From: Lysobacterales bacterium
Lineage (GTDB): Bacteria; Pseudomonadota; Gammaproteobacteria; Xanthomonadales; SZUA-36
Assembly: GCA_041584255.1 (NCBI GenBank)
Contig: JBFHEJ010000001.1
Location: 1 to 27,799 of the forward strand
Direction of reading: 5' to 3'
Length of the DNA: 27,799 nucleotides
Part shown: piece after piece, positions 1 to 7,967 of the stretch
Numbering within the stretch: the stretch's first letter is position 1
How the letters are laid out: each line of letters starts with the position of its first letter
Notes under the pieces: generated by a model
Seen by the model: the letters and a program-made list of their open reading frames with translations, nothing else
Database searches by the model: none
What the model was told of the DNA's origin: nothing
Position numbers and translations under genes: made by a program

Positions 1-707
1 GAAGTGGTGTAGCCGATGCCGGAATACCCGATGCCATTCAGGGAGGCACTGACGGCCTGAACCACTGAGGCGGAGCCCGGCTGCTCATTGACCGAATTCT
101 TGAAGTCCCCCTTGCACAACGCCCGCTGTTTGAAATACCCGTAGGTCCCGGAAACGGAGTTTCGGCCATAAAGCTGCATGGAGCGGTCCTTCCATCCGCC
201 CTCCAGGCCGAGCTGGCCCCAGTTGTTGATGTCGTTTGGCCCGCCGCAGGTTCTGGTGCCAGAAAATATGGCGTCCACCTGGGGGATGGTCAGGCCGGCG
301 ATGGGATTGTCCTTGTGTACGAATATGGCCAGGGCGTCGATGGCGACTGCGATCGGTGTGGGCTTGTAACCGTGGCGCCGTTCGAATGCTTCGATTTCCT
401 GGTCCTTCATGAGCCGGCTCATCGGGCCCAGGTTCGCGGTACCCTCGGAGAGCGCCGGCGGGGCCGTGGACGAACCGGCCGCCTGGATCTGGACGTTGAC
501 GTTGGGATAAACACGTTTGAATTCTTCAGCCCACAGCGTCATCAGGTTAGCCAGGGTGTCTGACCCCACACTGGAGAGATTTCCGGAGACTCCGGCGCTT
601 TTGGCATATTCGGGAAGATTGGCGTCAGTTTCGGGCTGCGCCCAGGCGACACCTGAGGTCATCAGTCCGATGGCGAGGAAAATGCGGCAAGAAACGGCGG
701 GCTTCAT
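1..707 (-). CDS. pstS: Phosphate ABC transporter substrate-binding protein PstS (3' end truncated by window edge)
   Basis: Manual translation from ATG at 707, missing from the ORF track because it runs off the edge: [24 protein letters not shown] (signal peptide)...[18 protein letters not shown]...[17 protein letters not shown]...[15 protein letters not shown]...[13 protein letters not shown], all typical PstS motifs; lies just downstream of phoR. Confidence 0.95.
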   Translation of the reverse strand, partial: MKPAVSCRIFLAIGLMTSGVAWAQPETDANLPEYAKSAGVSGNLSSVGSDTLANLMTLWAEEFKRVYPNVNVQIQAAGSSTAPPALSEGTANLGPMSRLMKDQEIEAFERRHGYKPTPIAVAIDALAIFVHKDNPIAGLTIPQVDAIFSGTRTCGGPNDINNWGQLGLEGGWKDRSMQLYGRNSVSGTYGYFKQRALCKGDFKNSVNEQPGSASVVQAVSASLNGIGYSGIGYTT

Positions 708-744
708 GATCGGTTCACTGGTTTCGCAATCGCTATTGGCGCTG

Positions 745-778
745 ATTGTACGGGCCGACTATTACGGTCTCGTTACGC
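745..778 (-). promoter_or_regulatory. Pho box and -10 element of the pstS promoter
   Basis: Minus strand GCGTAAC-GAGA-CCGTAAT (778-761) is two CTGT(C/A)A(C/T)-like half-sites at 11-bp periodicity, followed 10 nt later by TACAAT (750-745), the PhoB-activated promoter geometry. Confidence 0.7.
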
Positions 779-789
779 TGCCCTGGTGC

Positions 790-2094
790 TCACATTCGCT
801 GCTCTCGGGACGCAGCAAGACAGGTCCGCTCTGGTGGAAAAATGCACCGAAATTCGCTGCCTTCGCCCAGCTCACTGGTGACGTGAAGCCTGGCCTGGTG
901 TGCGTTGAGAACGTGCTTGACGATGGAGAGGCCGAGGCCGGTACCACCAGAAGTGCGCGCACGGTCATTGGAAACACGAAAGAAGCGCTCTGTCAGGCGG
1001 GGAATGGCTCGGCTTGGAATACCGATACCGGTGTCGGCAACGCTGAAAACGGCGCCCTCAGGGGATGATTGCCAGCCAACGGTGATGGCACCCCCTTCCG
1101 GAGTGTAGTTCGCGGCGTTCAACAGGAGATTCCTGAAGGCACTCTCGAGATCGGAAGCGATACCGCGCAGCTTCAAGCCTGGTTCGATGCGGAATTCAAG
1201 TCGATGCCGGTTTCGACTGACCTCTTCGAGTTGTTCACGCAGTTGAGCCAGCATGGCCTCGACGTCCACTTCGTCTTCCTCACCGGATATGCGGTCGCTC
1301 TGCAGTCTCGAGAGCTCGAGCAGGTCGGCCAGCAGCTCACGCATCTGTTCCGCCTGGGACCTCATTTTTCCGACCATTTCGCCTGTTTCGTCGTCCGAAT
1401 CCTCGAACATTTCCAGGTAACCCAGCAGAACCGTTAGCGGAGTCCTGAGTTCATGGGAAATATTCGCCACAAAATCTCGCCGCATTTGGTTGACGTTGTG
1501 CACATCGGTGATATCGCGGAGGATCAGCAGACGCAGGTCTTCGCTGTAATCGACCGCGGTGATGCTGAGCCAGGTGCTGTCATCGACAGGGGAGGCCATC
1601 TCCAGCCTGCTCCTGAGTTCTCTCTGCACCGCAAGCCAGTCCGCGAAGTCCGAGCCGCGCAACAGGTTGGTGACGGGTTGGCCCAGGTCGTCGGGCACCT
1701 TGAGACCGAGTAACGATCTCGCGGTGCTGTTGAACCACTTGAGGTTTTCGTTTCCGTCCATGATGAGGGTCGCATCCGGCAGCGCATCGGCAAGACTCTG
1801 GTAGTCGCGAATCATGGCCCGGTACTGGTCAGCCTGCTTATGCCGGGATTTCTCGAGCCGGTTGATGCGGTCGAATATCTCCGACCAGATACCAACACTC
1901 TGGGGTACTTGAAGGTCGGGCCTCTCAAGCCAGCGATGAAGTCGAACGACGTTGGCCAGGCCCCAGAGCCCATAAAGTGCCAGGACTGCAAGCAGGGTGA
2001 TCAAGGGGTAACCCAGCAACCAGCCGGCGGCAAGGGCGATCGTGCCGGCCACAGCAAACCGGACGATCAGCCGCTTCGCGCTCTTCGAAGGCAT
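790..2094 (-). CDS. phoR: Phosphate regulon sensor histidine kinase PhoR
   Basis: N-terminal TM segment, PAS-like region, H-box FVANISHELRTPLTVLLGYLE, N-box NLLLNAANYT, G1 DTGIGI, G2 GGTGLGLSIV; between phoB and pstS. Confidence 0.96.
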   Translation of the reverse strand: MPSKSAKRLIVRFAVAGTIALAAGWLLGYPLITLLAVLALYGLWGLANVVRLHRWLERPDLQVPQSVGIWSEIFDRINRLEKSRHKQADQYRAMIRDYQSLADALPDATLIMDGNENLKWFNSTARSLLGLKVPDDLGQPVTNLLRGSDFADWLAVQRELRSRLEMASPVDDSTWLSITAVDYSEDLRLLILRDITDVHNVNQMRRDFVANISHELRTPLTVLLGYLEMFEDSDDETGEMVGKMRSQAEQMRELLADLLELSRLQSDRISGEEDEVDVEAMLAQLREQLEEVSRNRHRLEFRIEPGLKLRGIASDLESAFRNLLLNAANYTPEGGAITVGWQSSPEGAVFSVADTGIGIPSRAIPRLTERFFRVSNDRARTSGGTGLGLSIVKHVLNAHQARLHVTSELGEGSEFRCIFPPERTCLAASREQRM

Positions 2095-2111
2095 CAGCCT
2101 GAGGGTGGTAG

Positions 2112-2810
2112 CTACGACTCGGCCGTGAACCGGTATCCGTGGCCGCGTACGGTCTGCAGATAGTCGCTCGCGCCAACCGGTTCAAAAGCCTTTCGCAGTC
2201 TGCGGATGTGAACGTCGACGGTGCGTTCTTCCAGGTAAGCGTTCGGTCCCCAGACATGGTCGAGCAGTTGGCCCCGGCTGTAAGCCCTGCCCGGGTTGCT
2301 CATGAAGAACTCGAGCATGCGGTATTCGGTCGGTCCGAGGTGGATCTCTTGGCCGTGGTGCAGTACCCGTCTGGAAACGGTGTCCAGTGTCAGATCCCCC
2401 TGTATGATCTTTCCATCGGCGTCGGTGGAGCTGGCGCGGCGCATGACCGCCCTGATCCGCGCCATCAGTTCACGTGGCGAGAAAGGCTTGATGATGTAGT
2501 CGTCCGTGCCTGCTTCGAGGCCGGCAACCTTGTCATCTTCGGTCACCTTGGCTGTCAGCATGATGATGGGAATGTCAGCAGTGTAAGGATCCCGGCGCAG
2601 CCGGCGTGTCAGTTCGATGCCGCTGATGCCCGGCATCATCCAGTCCATCAGCACCAGGTCGGGCCGCTCGTCGTTGATGGCCAGCAATGCTTCGCGTGCG
2701 TCAGCGGCAGAGGCGCAAGACATTCCCGCCCTTTCCACAGCAAAAGAGATCATGTCACGTATGGCGGACTCGTCGTCGACTACGAGGACCAGCGGTTGCT
2801 TCTTGGACAT
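2112..2810 (-). CDS. phoB: Phosphate regulon response regulator PhoB (start 2810, or 2834 if leaderless)
   Basis: Receiver domain LVVDDE...LMDWMMPG...DDYIIKPFS and winged helix LGPTEYRMLEFFM...EERTVDVHIRRLRK...TVRGHGYRF; upstream of phoR. Confidence 0.97.
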   Translation of the reverse strand: MSKKQPLVLVVDDESAIRDMISFAVERAGMSCASAADAREALLAINDERPDLVLMDWMMPGISGIELTRRLRRDPYTADIPIIMLTAKVTEDDKVAGLEAGTDDYIIKPFSPRELMARIRAVMRRASSTDADGKIIQGDLTLDTVSRRVLHHGQEIHLGPTEYRMLEFFMSNPGRAYSRGQLLDHVWGPNAYLEERTVDVHIRRLRKAFEPVGASDYLQTVRGHGYRFTAES

Positions 2811-2840
2811 GACGGAACCCGGGACTGCGGCCATCATCCC

Positions 2841-2873
2841 ATTATAAGGACCTAAATGACAGGATTATGACAG
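2841..2873 (-). promoter_or_regulatory. Pho box and -10 element upstream of phoB (autoregulation)
   Basis: Minus strand CTGTCAT-AATC-CTGTCAT (2873-2856) has two perfect half-sites; TATAAT (2846-2841) follows 9 nt later. Confidence 0.9.
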
Positions 2874-2890
2874 TCGGTAAGTGGTCGGAT

Positions 2891-4402
2891 TTATCCCGGG
2901 CGTCCGGGACCGTCCAGTTTCGCAAGCTGTTTCTGCATCTCGTCCATCCGGGCGGTGATCCTGGCCCGCTGGTAGTAGGTCAGGTCGTCCTGCTCGGACA
3001 GCCTGGTTAACTGCAGGATGGCTTCACGCACCTGGCCGCGCAGGAAATAGGCCTCGGCGATGGCTTCTGAGGCGCGAACCGCCTGGCCGGAATAATTGGA
3101 AGCCTGCGCATACATCTCCTGAAGCAGGGGGTCATCGCCCCGACTAAGAAGCTGGTTGCGCAGCACCGCCTCGGCTTTTCGCGCCCTTTGCGCGTCGCGC
3201 TTTTGCAGCAATGCACGCCCGTACTGCATGACGATGGCGTGGTTGCCGGGAAAATCGCTGTGCAGCTGATCGAGGCGCTCGATGGCCGCAATGTCGTAGC
3301 CCGACGCCAGATCGAGATCTGCCAGCTGCAATTCGTAGGCCAGGTGGTCGCGGTGGGCCAGCAGGCTGTCGAGCGTTTTCCGCGCCTGGTGATACTCGCC
3401 GCTCCTTTGCAATGCGATGGCGGTGCCGTACTCGATGGCCTCGGCTTCTTCCTCGCTGATGTCTGCCCGCTGTTTGCGGTCAGCAAACCACTTGAGCGCT
3501 TCTGGCGGCGACTCGGTGACCAGGGCGCGCAGCCTAGCCTGCATCAGGAAAAAGTCCAGCTCGCTGGTCGGCTCGGGCCTTGCCATTTTGAGCGCGCGGT
3601 CTTCCGCTTCGGCAATTCGACTGACATTGACCGGGTGGGTCCGCAGGTATTCGGGCGGGCCCTGGCCCGCGGAGCGCGTCACGCGGTCCATTTTTTCGAA
3701 GAACTCAGCCATGCCGTCAGGGTTGTAGCCGGCCTGGGCAAGCGTGCCGATACCGATGCGGTCCGCTTCTGCCTCGTGCTGCCGGGTGAAATAAATCTGC
3801 GCCTGCTGCAGAGCCGCGCTGCCGCCAACCAGTGCCCCCTGGATCGCCTCGCCGCTGCCACCGCCGGCGAGCACCAGGCCCAGCATGGCGAGCGCAATGG
3901 GAATGCTCATCGCCTTGGTCTTTTCGAGGGTACGGTAGAGGTGCAGCTGGGTGATGTGGGCGATCTCATGCGCCAGCACGGCCGCGATCTCGCTTTCATC
4001 GTCGGCGGTCAGGATCATTCCCGAAAACAGCGCGATGACGCCGCCCGGCGCGGCGAATGCATTGACCACGTCCTCGTCGAGCACGACAAAGGTGAAGGCC
4101 TTGTCCGGCCGTTCACTGTATGCCACCAGGCGGTAGCCCATGTCCGAGAAATAGGCCGCGATCTGGGGATCCTCGATCAGCACATCATAGGCGCGCATCT
4201 GCATCAGCAGGCTGCGTGCGTACTCTTCTTCTTCCTTTCGCGAAAGGATGCTGTCGGCCGATGCGCCCATGTCCGGCAGCGTGACGTTGTCGGTCGTCTG
4301 GGCGCCGGCTGCAAAGGTGACGGCCATGATGGCGAGGCTGAGCATGGCGCGAATCATCCACCCGGGGACGACGATTCTCATTTTCGAAAAGGGTTTGGGC
4401 AT
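2891..4402 (-). CDS. bepA: M48-family periplasmic metalloprotease/chaperone BepA (YfgC) with TPR-like C-terminus; start uncertain (4402, 4381 or 4357)
   Basis: Signal peptide ...MIRAMLSLAIMAVTFAAGA-Q, TLPDMG, VNAFAAPGG, zinc motif VLAHEIAH, FTRQHEAEADRIG, EYLRTHP. Confidence 0.9.
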   Translation of the reverse strand: MPKPFSKMRIVVPGWMIRAMLSLAIMAVTFAAGAQTTDNVTLPDMGASADSILSRKEEEEYARSLLMQMRAYDVLIEDPQIAAYFSDMGYRLVAYSERPDKAFTFVVLDEDVVNAFAAPGGVIALFSGMILTADDESEIAAVLAHEIAHITQLHLYRTLEKTKAMSIPIALAMLGLVLAGGGSGEAIQGALVGGSAALQQAQIYFTRQHEAEADRIGIGTLAQAGYNPDGMAEFFEKMDRVTRSAGQGPPEYLRTHPVNVSRIAEAEDRALKMARPEPTSELDFFLMQARLRALVTESPPEALKWFADRKQRADISEEEAEAIEYGTAIALQRSGEYHQARKTLDSLLAHRDHLAYELQLADLDLASGYDIAAIERLDQLHSDFPGNHAIVMQYGRALLQKRDAQRARKAEAVLRNQLLSRGDDPLLQEMYAQASNYSGQAVRASEAIAEAYFLRGQVREAILQLTRLSEQDDLTYYQRARITARMDEMQKQLAKLDGPGRPG

Positions 4403-4502
4403 CGTTGCAGGATTGCGGTTACCCGACTCAGACCTCAAACTAAACGCCAGGTTCGGCAAGTACCTATTATGCGTCATCCATTCTCCTGTCATCAGCTTAT
4501 TC

Positions 4503-4850
4503 GTGAATATCGTCCTTCTCGTCAATGACAGCCCCTGGGGGTCCACACTGGCTGCCACCGCACTGAGGGTGGCCGGCGCGATGACCGCCGCCGGGCATCA
4601 CCTGGACGCAGTCTTTTTTCGCGGTGACGGGGTCTACAACGCCGCTGCCGGCACGGCTTCGGGCTCCGGCCAGGTCGATGTGGCCAGCCGGTGGTCCGAA
4701 TTGGCCAAGACCAGTGGGGCGCGGCTCATGCTGTGCCAGGCTTCCGCGCAGCGGAGGCTTGGCAGTGCGGTGCCCGAGCCGTTCGAACTTGCCGGCCTGG
4801 TCGAGCTGGCTGATCTCGCGATTGATTGCGACCGCGTGGTGACGTTTTGA
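4503..4850 (+). CDS. tusD: Sulfur relay protein TusD/DsrE
   Basis: GTG start at 4503 inside track ORF 4248-4850: VNIVLLVNDSPWGS...VFFRGDGVYNA...LMLCQASAQRR (the Cys matches the Cys78-type active site)...F-LAGLVEL...CDRVVTF. Confidence 0.88.
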   Translation: MNIVLLVNDSPWGSTLAATALRVAGAMTAAGHHLDAVFFRGDGVYNAAAGTASGSGQVDVASRWSELAKTSGARLMLCQASAQRRLGSAVPEPFELAGLVELADLAIDCDRVVTF

Positions 4851-5215
4851 CGGCCGCCCCGAAACCGCTCGGATTCGTCGTCAGGCATGCGCCCTACGCC
4901 CGGCACTCGCCGCGCAGCCAACTCGACGTGGTGCTCGCGGCGGCCACCCTGGAGCTGCCGCTCGAGGTCTTTTTTCTCGGCGAGGGCATCTGGCAACTCG
5001 CCGCCGGCCATGACCCGGGGGCGGCGGCCCTGCCGGTGGGCCTGAAAGGCTGGGGTGCGGTGTCGGGCCTCACCGAGGCCCGGTTTTTTGCCGAACAAGG
5101 GGCACTTGCGCGGCTTATCGGGCTGGGCGCTGAACCCATCGTGCCGGTCGTTGCACTCGATGGTCGGTCGATGGCGGACAAATGGCGGCACTGCGGCCAG
5201 GTGATGTCGCTGTGA
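4847..5215 (+). CDS. tusC: Sulfur relay protein TusC/DsrF
   Basis: TTG start overlapping the tusD stop (TTGA); FVVRHAPY...LDVVLAAA...VFFLGEGIWQL; second gene of the DsrEFH-type cluster. Confidence 0.82.
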   Translation: MTAAPKPLGFVVRHAPYARHSPRSQLDVVLAAATLELPLEVFFLGEGIWQLAAGHDPGAAALPVGLKGWGAVSGLTEARFFAEQGALARLIGLGAEPIVPVVALDGRSMADKWRHCGQVMSL

Positions 5216-5514
5216 CCCAGGCCAGCGGCATTTTGCACCTGTTGCTCAGGGCCGAGCCGGGCGTGTGGCGGGATTGCCAGCGCTGCTGCGCGGACGACGA
5301 CACCGTGGTCCTCGCAGACGCCGCGGTCATGGCCGTTGTCAGCGAGGATTTCGAGGGGCGACCGCGCATGCCGTGTGCGGTCGTGTTCAGCTCCCCTGAT
5401 GCCTCTGCCCGTGGCGTGACCGGGGCGGCCGCGTCTCGCGGCATGCGGGCGGTTGACGACGATGAGCTGGTGGCCCTGATCGAAATGCATGGCCGCTGCC
5501 TGAGCTGGCGCTAG
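5212..5514 (+). CDS. tusB: Sulfur relay protein TusB/DsrH
   Basis: GTG start overlapping the tusC stop (GTGA); ILHLL...DC...VVLADAAV...DASARGV...VDDDELVALIEMHGRCLSW, a DsrH-like pattern; position in cluster. Confidence 0.75.
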   Translation: MTQASGILHLLLRAEPGVWRDCQRCCADDDTVVLADAAVMAVVSEDFEGRPRMPCAVVFSSPDASARGVTGAAASRGMRAVDDDELVALIEMHGRCLSWR

Positions 5515-5862
5515 ATGGTGCCGGAACAGCTGTTGAAACTGGAGGATGGGCGCCGGCTCGCCGTTGACGAGAAGGGCTACCTGGTGGACCGGGGCGCTTG
5601 GGATCGCGGCGTCGCCGAGCACATGGCCCGCGCCGACGGCATCATGCTCACTGACGAACACATGGCGGTGATCGAAATCTTCCAGGAGTACTTCGATCGC
5701 TATGAAATCGAGCCGCCGATGCGCGCCTTGGTTAAACTTGTCGCCGAAAAGCTGGGATCGGAGAAAGGCAACAGCCGGTTTCTGTATCGATTGTTCCCCG
5801 AGGGTCCGACGACCCAGGCCTGTCGGTACGCAGGATTGCCGCGGCCGCTGAGTTGTATCTGA
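5515..5862 (+). CDS. tusE: TusE/DsrC-family sulfur carrier with two C-terminal cysteines (C-X10-C)
   Basis: DEKGYLVD..W...AEHMA...LTDEH...EYF...PPMRALVK...GNSRFLYRLFPEGP..QACRYAGLPRPLSCI; ATG directly follows the tusB stop. Confidence 0.93.
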   Translation: MVPEQLLKLEDGRRLAVDEKGYLVDRGAWDRGVAEHMARADGIMLTDEHMAVIEIFQEYFDRYEIEPPMRALVKLVAEKLGSEKGNSRFLYRLFPEGPTTQACRYAGLPRPLSCI

Positions 5863-5900
5863 GTGAGAACCAGCACACCGACCACCAGGAGAGGTTATTC

Positions 5901-6905
5901 ATGAGTACACGCATTACCGTGATCAGGGGCGATGGCATCGGCCCGGAAATCGTCGACGCCAGCCTTCGCGCCCTGGACGCGCTGGACGCCGGCCTGGAAT
6001 ACGAGTTCGCCGAGGCCGGTCTGGCTGCCCTGGAAAGCGGCGACGAGTTGATTCCGGAGGACACGCTGGAGTCGATCCGCCGCAACACGATCGTGCTCAA
6101 AGGGCCCCTGACCACCCCGGTGGGCAAGGGCTTCAAATCGATCAACGTCACGCTGCGCAAGATTTTCGACCTCTACGCCAATGTCAGGCCGGTGCTGTCC
6201 ATCCCCGGCACGCGGGCACGCTACGACGACGTCGACATCATCACGGTGCGGGAGAACACCGAGGGCGCTTACCTGGCCGCCGATTCCCATATCAGCGAGG
6301 ACGGCAGCCGGGCAGAGTCGAAAATGGTGGTGACGCGAAAGGGCTGCGAGCGTATCACCCGCTACGCTTTCGACCTCGCCCGCTCGGCGGGACGCAAGAA
6401 GGTCACCATCGTCCACAAGGCTAACGTGCTCAAGGTGGTTTCCGGCCTGTTCCTGGACGTCGCCCGTGAAGTGGCGGAAAAATACCCGGACATCGAAGCC
6501 GAGGAGATGATCGTTGACGCCACCTGCATGAAGCTGGTGCTCGACCCGGAACAGTTCGACGTCATCGTCACCACCAACCTTTTTGGCGACATCATTTCCG
6601 ACCTGTGCGCCGGCTTGGTGGGTGGACTGGGCCTGGCGCCGGGCGCCAACATCGGCAAGGACGCCGCCATGTTCGAAGCGGTGCACGGCTCGGCTCCCGA
6701 CATCGCCGGCAAGAAGATCGCCAATCCCTGTGCGGTCATGCTGGCCGGCGCCCTGATGCTTTCGCACCTTGGCATGGAGGACCGGGCAAACCGGCTGCGT
6801 GCGGCCATCCGCGAGACCGTGGCGGCGGGCGACCGGGTGACGCCGGATCTCGGCGGCAGTGGCACCACAGGGTCGATTACGGACGCCATTATCGAGCGTC
6901 TCTGA
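5901..6905 (+). CDS. icd: Isocitrate dehydrogenase, NAD-type (isocitrate/isopropylmalate dehydrogenase family)
   Basis: SD AGGAGAGG before ATG 5901; GDGIGPEI, KSINVTLRK (S-x-N-x3-R isocitrate pattern), HKANVLK, NLFGDIISDLCAGLVGGLG, FEAVHGSAPDIAGK (Asp-Ile indicates NAD preference). Confidence 0.85.
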   Translation: MSTRITVIRGDGIGPEIVDASLRALDALDAGLEYEFAEAGLAALESGDELIPEDTLESIRRNTIVLKGPLTTPVGKGFKSINVTLRKIFDLYANVRPVLSIPGTRARYDDVDIITVRENTEGAYLAADSHISEDGSRAESKMVVTRKGCERITRYAFDLARSAGRKKVTIVHKANVLKVVSGLFLDVAREVAEKYPDIEAEEMIVDATCMKLVLDPEQFDVIVTTNLFGDIISDLCAGLVGGLGLAPGANIGKDAAMFEAVHGSAPDIAGKKIANPCAVMLAGALMLSHLGMEDRANRLRAAIRETVAAGDRVTPDLGGSGTTGSITDAIIERL

Positions 6906-6936
6906 TCTCGCCTGGATTTTGCGCTGAGGCAAGCGC

Positions 6937-7719
6937 TCAGGGAAGCAGGTGCAGGTTGCCCTTGAGCGGCAGGCGGGCTTCCGCGATCGCGCCCTGGACG
7001 TGTTCGATGCCAAACTCCACCGCTTCAAAGAGTGATGCACCCAACGCCATGCGCGCTGCAATGGCGGCGGACAAGGTGCAGCCGGTGCCGTGGTATTCGC
7101 CCGGCTGGTTCGCATGCTCGAACCGGGCCATGCCTTGCGCTGTGATCAGCCGATCGACGATGGTGTCCGCCTCGCCGTGGCCGCCCTTGAGCAGTACTCC
7201 GCCGCAGCCGGTGTCCAGCAGGCCGCGTGCGCCTTCGATTGGATCCTCGCTAGCGCTCAGCGCCGCGGCCTCGGCGAGATTGGGCGTGATCAGGCTGGCC
7301 AGGGGAAACAGGTGGTCCCTGAGTGCCGAAATCGTGTCCTCGACGGTCAATGAGGCGCCGCTGGTGGCGATCAGGACGGGATCCACGATCAGGGGGACGT
7401 TGCTGCAGCGGCTTTGAAAGATTTCGCTCACTGATTCGATGGCGGCGGCGTCTGGCAGCATGCCGGTCTTGATGGCACGAATGGGAAGATCGTCGAGAAC
7501 GGCCTCGAGTTGCGCGACGATGACGGCGGCCGAAATCGGTTGCGTGGCGCTGACCTTCAGCGTGTTCTGGGCCGTCACGGCCGTGACCACGCTGGCGCCA
7601 TGAACGCCGAGGGTATGAAACGTCCGTAGATCCGCCTGGATGCCCGCACCGCCACAGCTGTCCGAGCCCGCGATGGTCAGAGCGGCGGTGGTCAGCTTGG
7701 GGCTGGATTCATCGATCAC
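6937..7719 (-). CDS. thiD: Hydroxymethylpyrimidine/phosphomethylpyrimidine kinase
   Basis: LTIAGSDSCGGAGIQADLRTF, AIKTGML, VDPVLIATSG, LITPNLAEA, LLKGGH, HGTGCTLSAAIAA. Confidence 0.95.
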   Translation of the reverse strand: MIDESSPKLTTAALTIAGSDSCGGAGIQADLRTFHTLGVHGASVVTAVTAQNTLKVSATQPISAAVIVAQLEAVLDDLPIRAIKTGMLPDAAAIESVSEIFQSRCSNVPLIVDPVLIATSGASLTVEDTISALRDHLFPLASLITPNLAEAAALSASEDPIEGARGLLDTGCGGVLLKGGHGEADTIVDRLITAQGMARFEHANQPGEYHGTGCTLSAAIAARMALGASLFEAVEFGIEHVQGAIAEARLPLKGNLHLLP

Positions 7720-7837
7720 TGAGTACGGTCTCCGCCAGGTTGTTGTATATTAGCAACGCTTGTGGTCGCGCTGCCGTTGGCCGTGATCCTGAACGGCGCA
7801 CCCGCCGGTGCCGGGTCGGCGAACATTGGTCTTTAGA

Positions 7838-7850
7838 AAACAGTCACTTG
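7838..7850 (+). promoter_or_regulatory. Possible IHF site in the thiD / outer-membrane gene intergenic region
   Basis: AAACAGTCACTTG has one mismatch to WATCARNNNNTTR. Confidence 0.3.
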
Positions 7851-7903
7851 CCCAGCGTGTGATGACACTTGATCGCAACCGCGACAGGCCTCCCGGGATT
7901 CCA

Positions 7904-7932
7904 TTGACACGCTGTTGTATTCCTGCCATATT
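7904..7932 (+). promoter_or_regulatory. Sigma70-type promoter for the FadL-like/AI-2E operon
   Basis: TTGACA (7904-7909)-N17-CATATT (7927-7932), with TG at the extended -10 position. Confidence 0.6.
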
Positions 7933-7967
7933 CCACTATGAGTAAGTGCAGTCAACTAAAAGGTAGG

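Noticed and set aside
4471-4492. CTGTCAT near the tusD start as a possible third Pho box
   Set aside because: Only one good half-site; the nearest similar heptamer is not at 11-bp spacing.
7720-7937. TPP riboswitch upstream of thiD
   Set aside because: No CUGAGA core or matching TPP aptamer helices on the minus strand.
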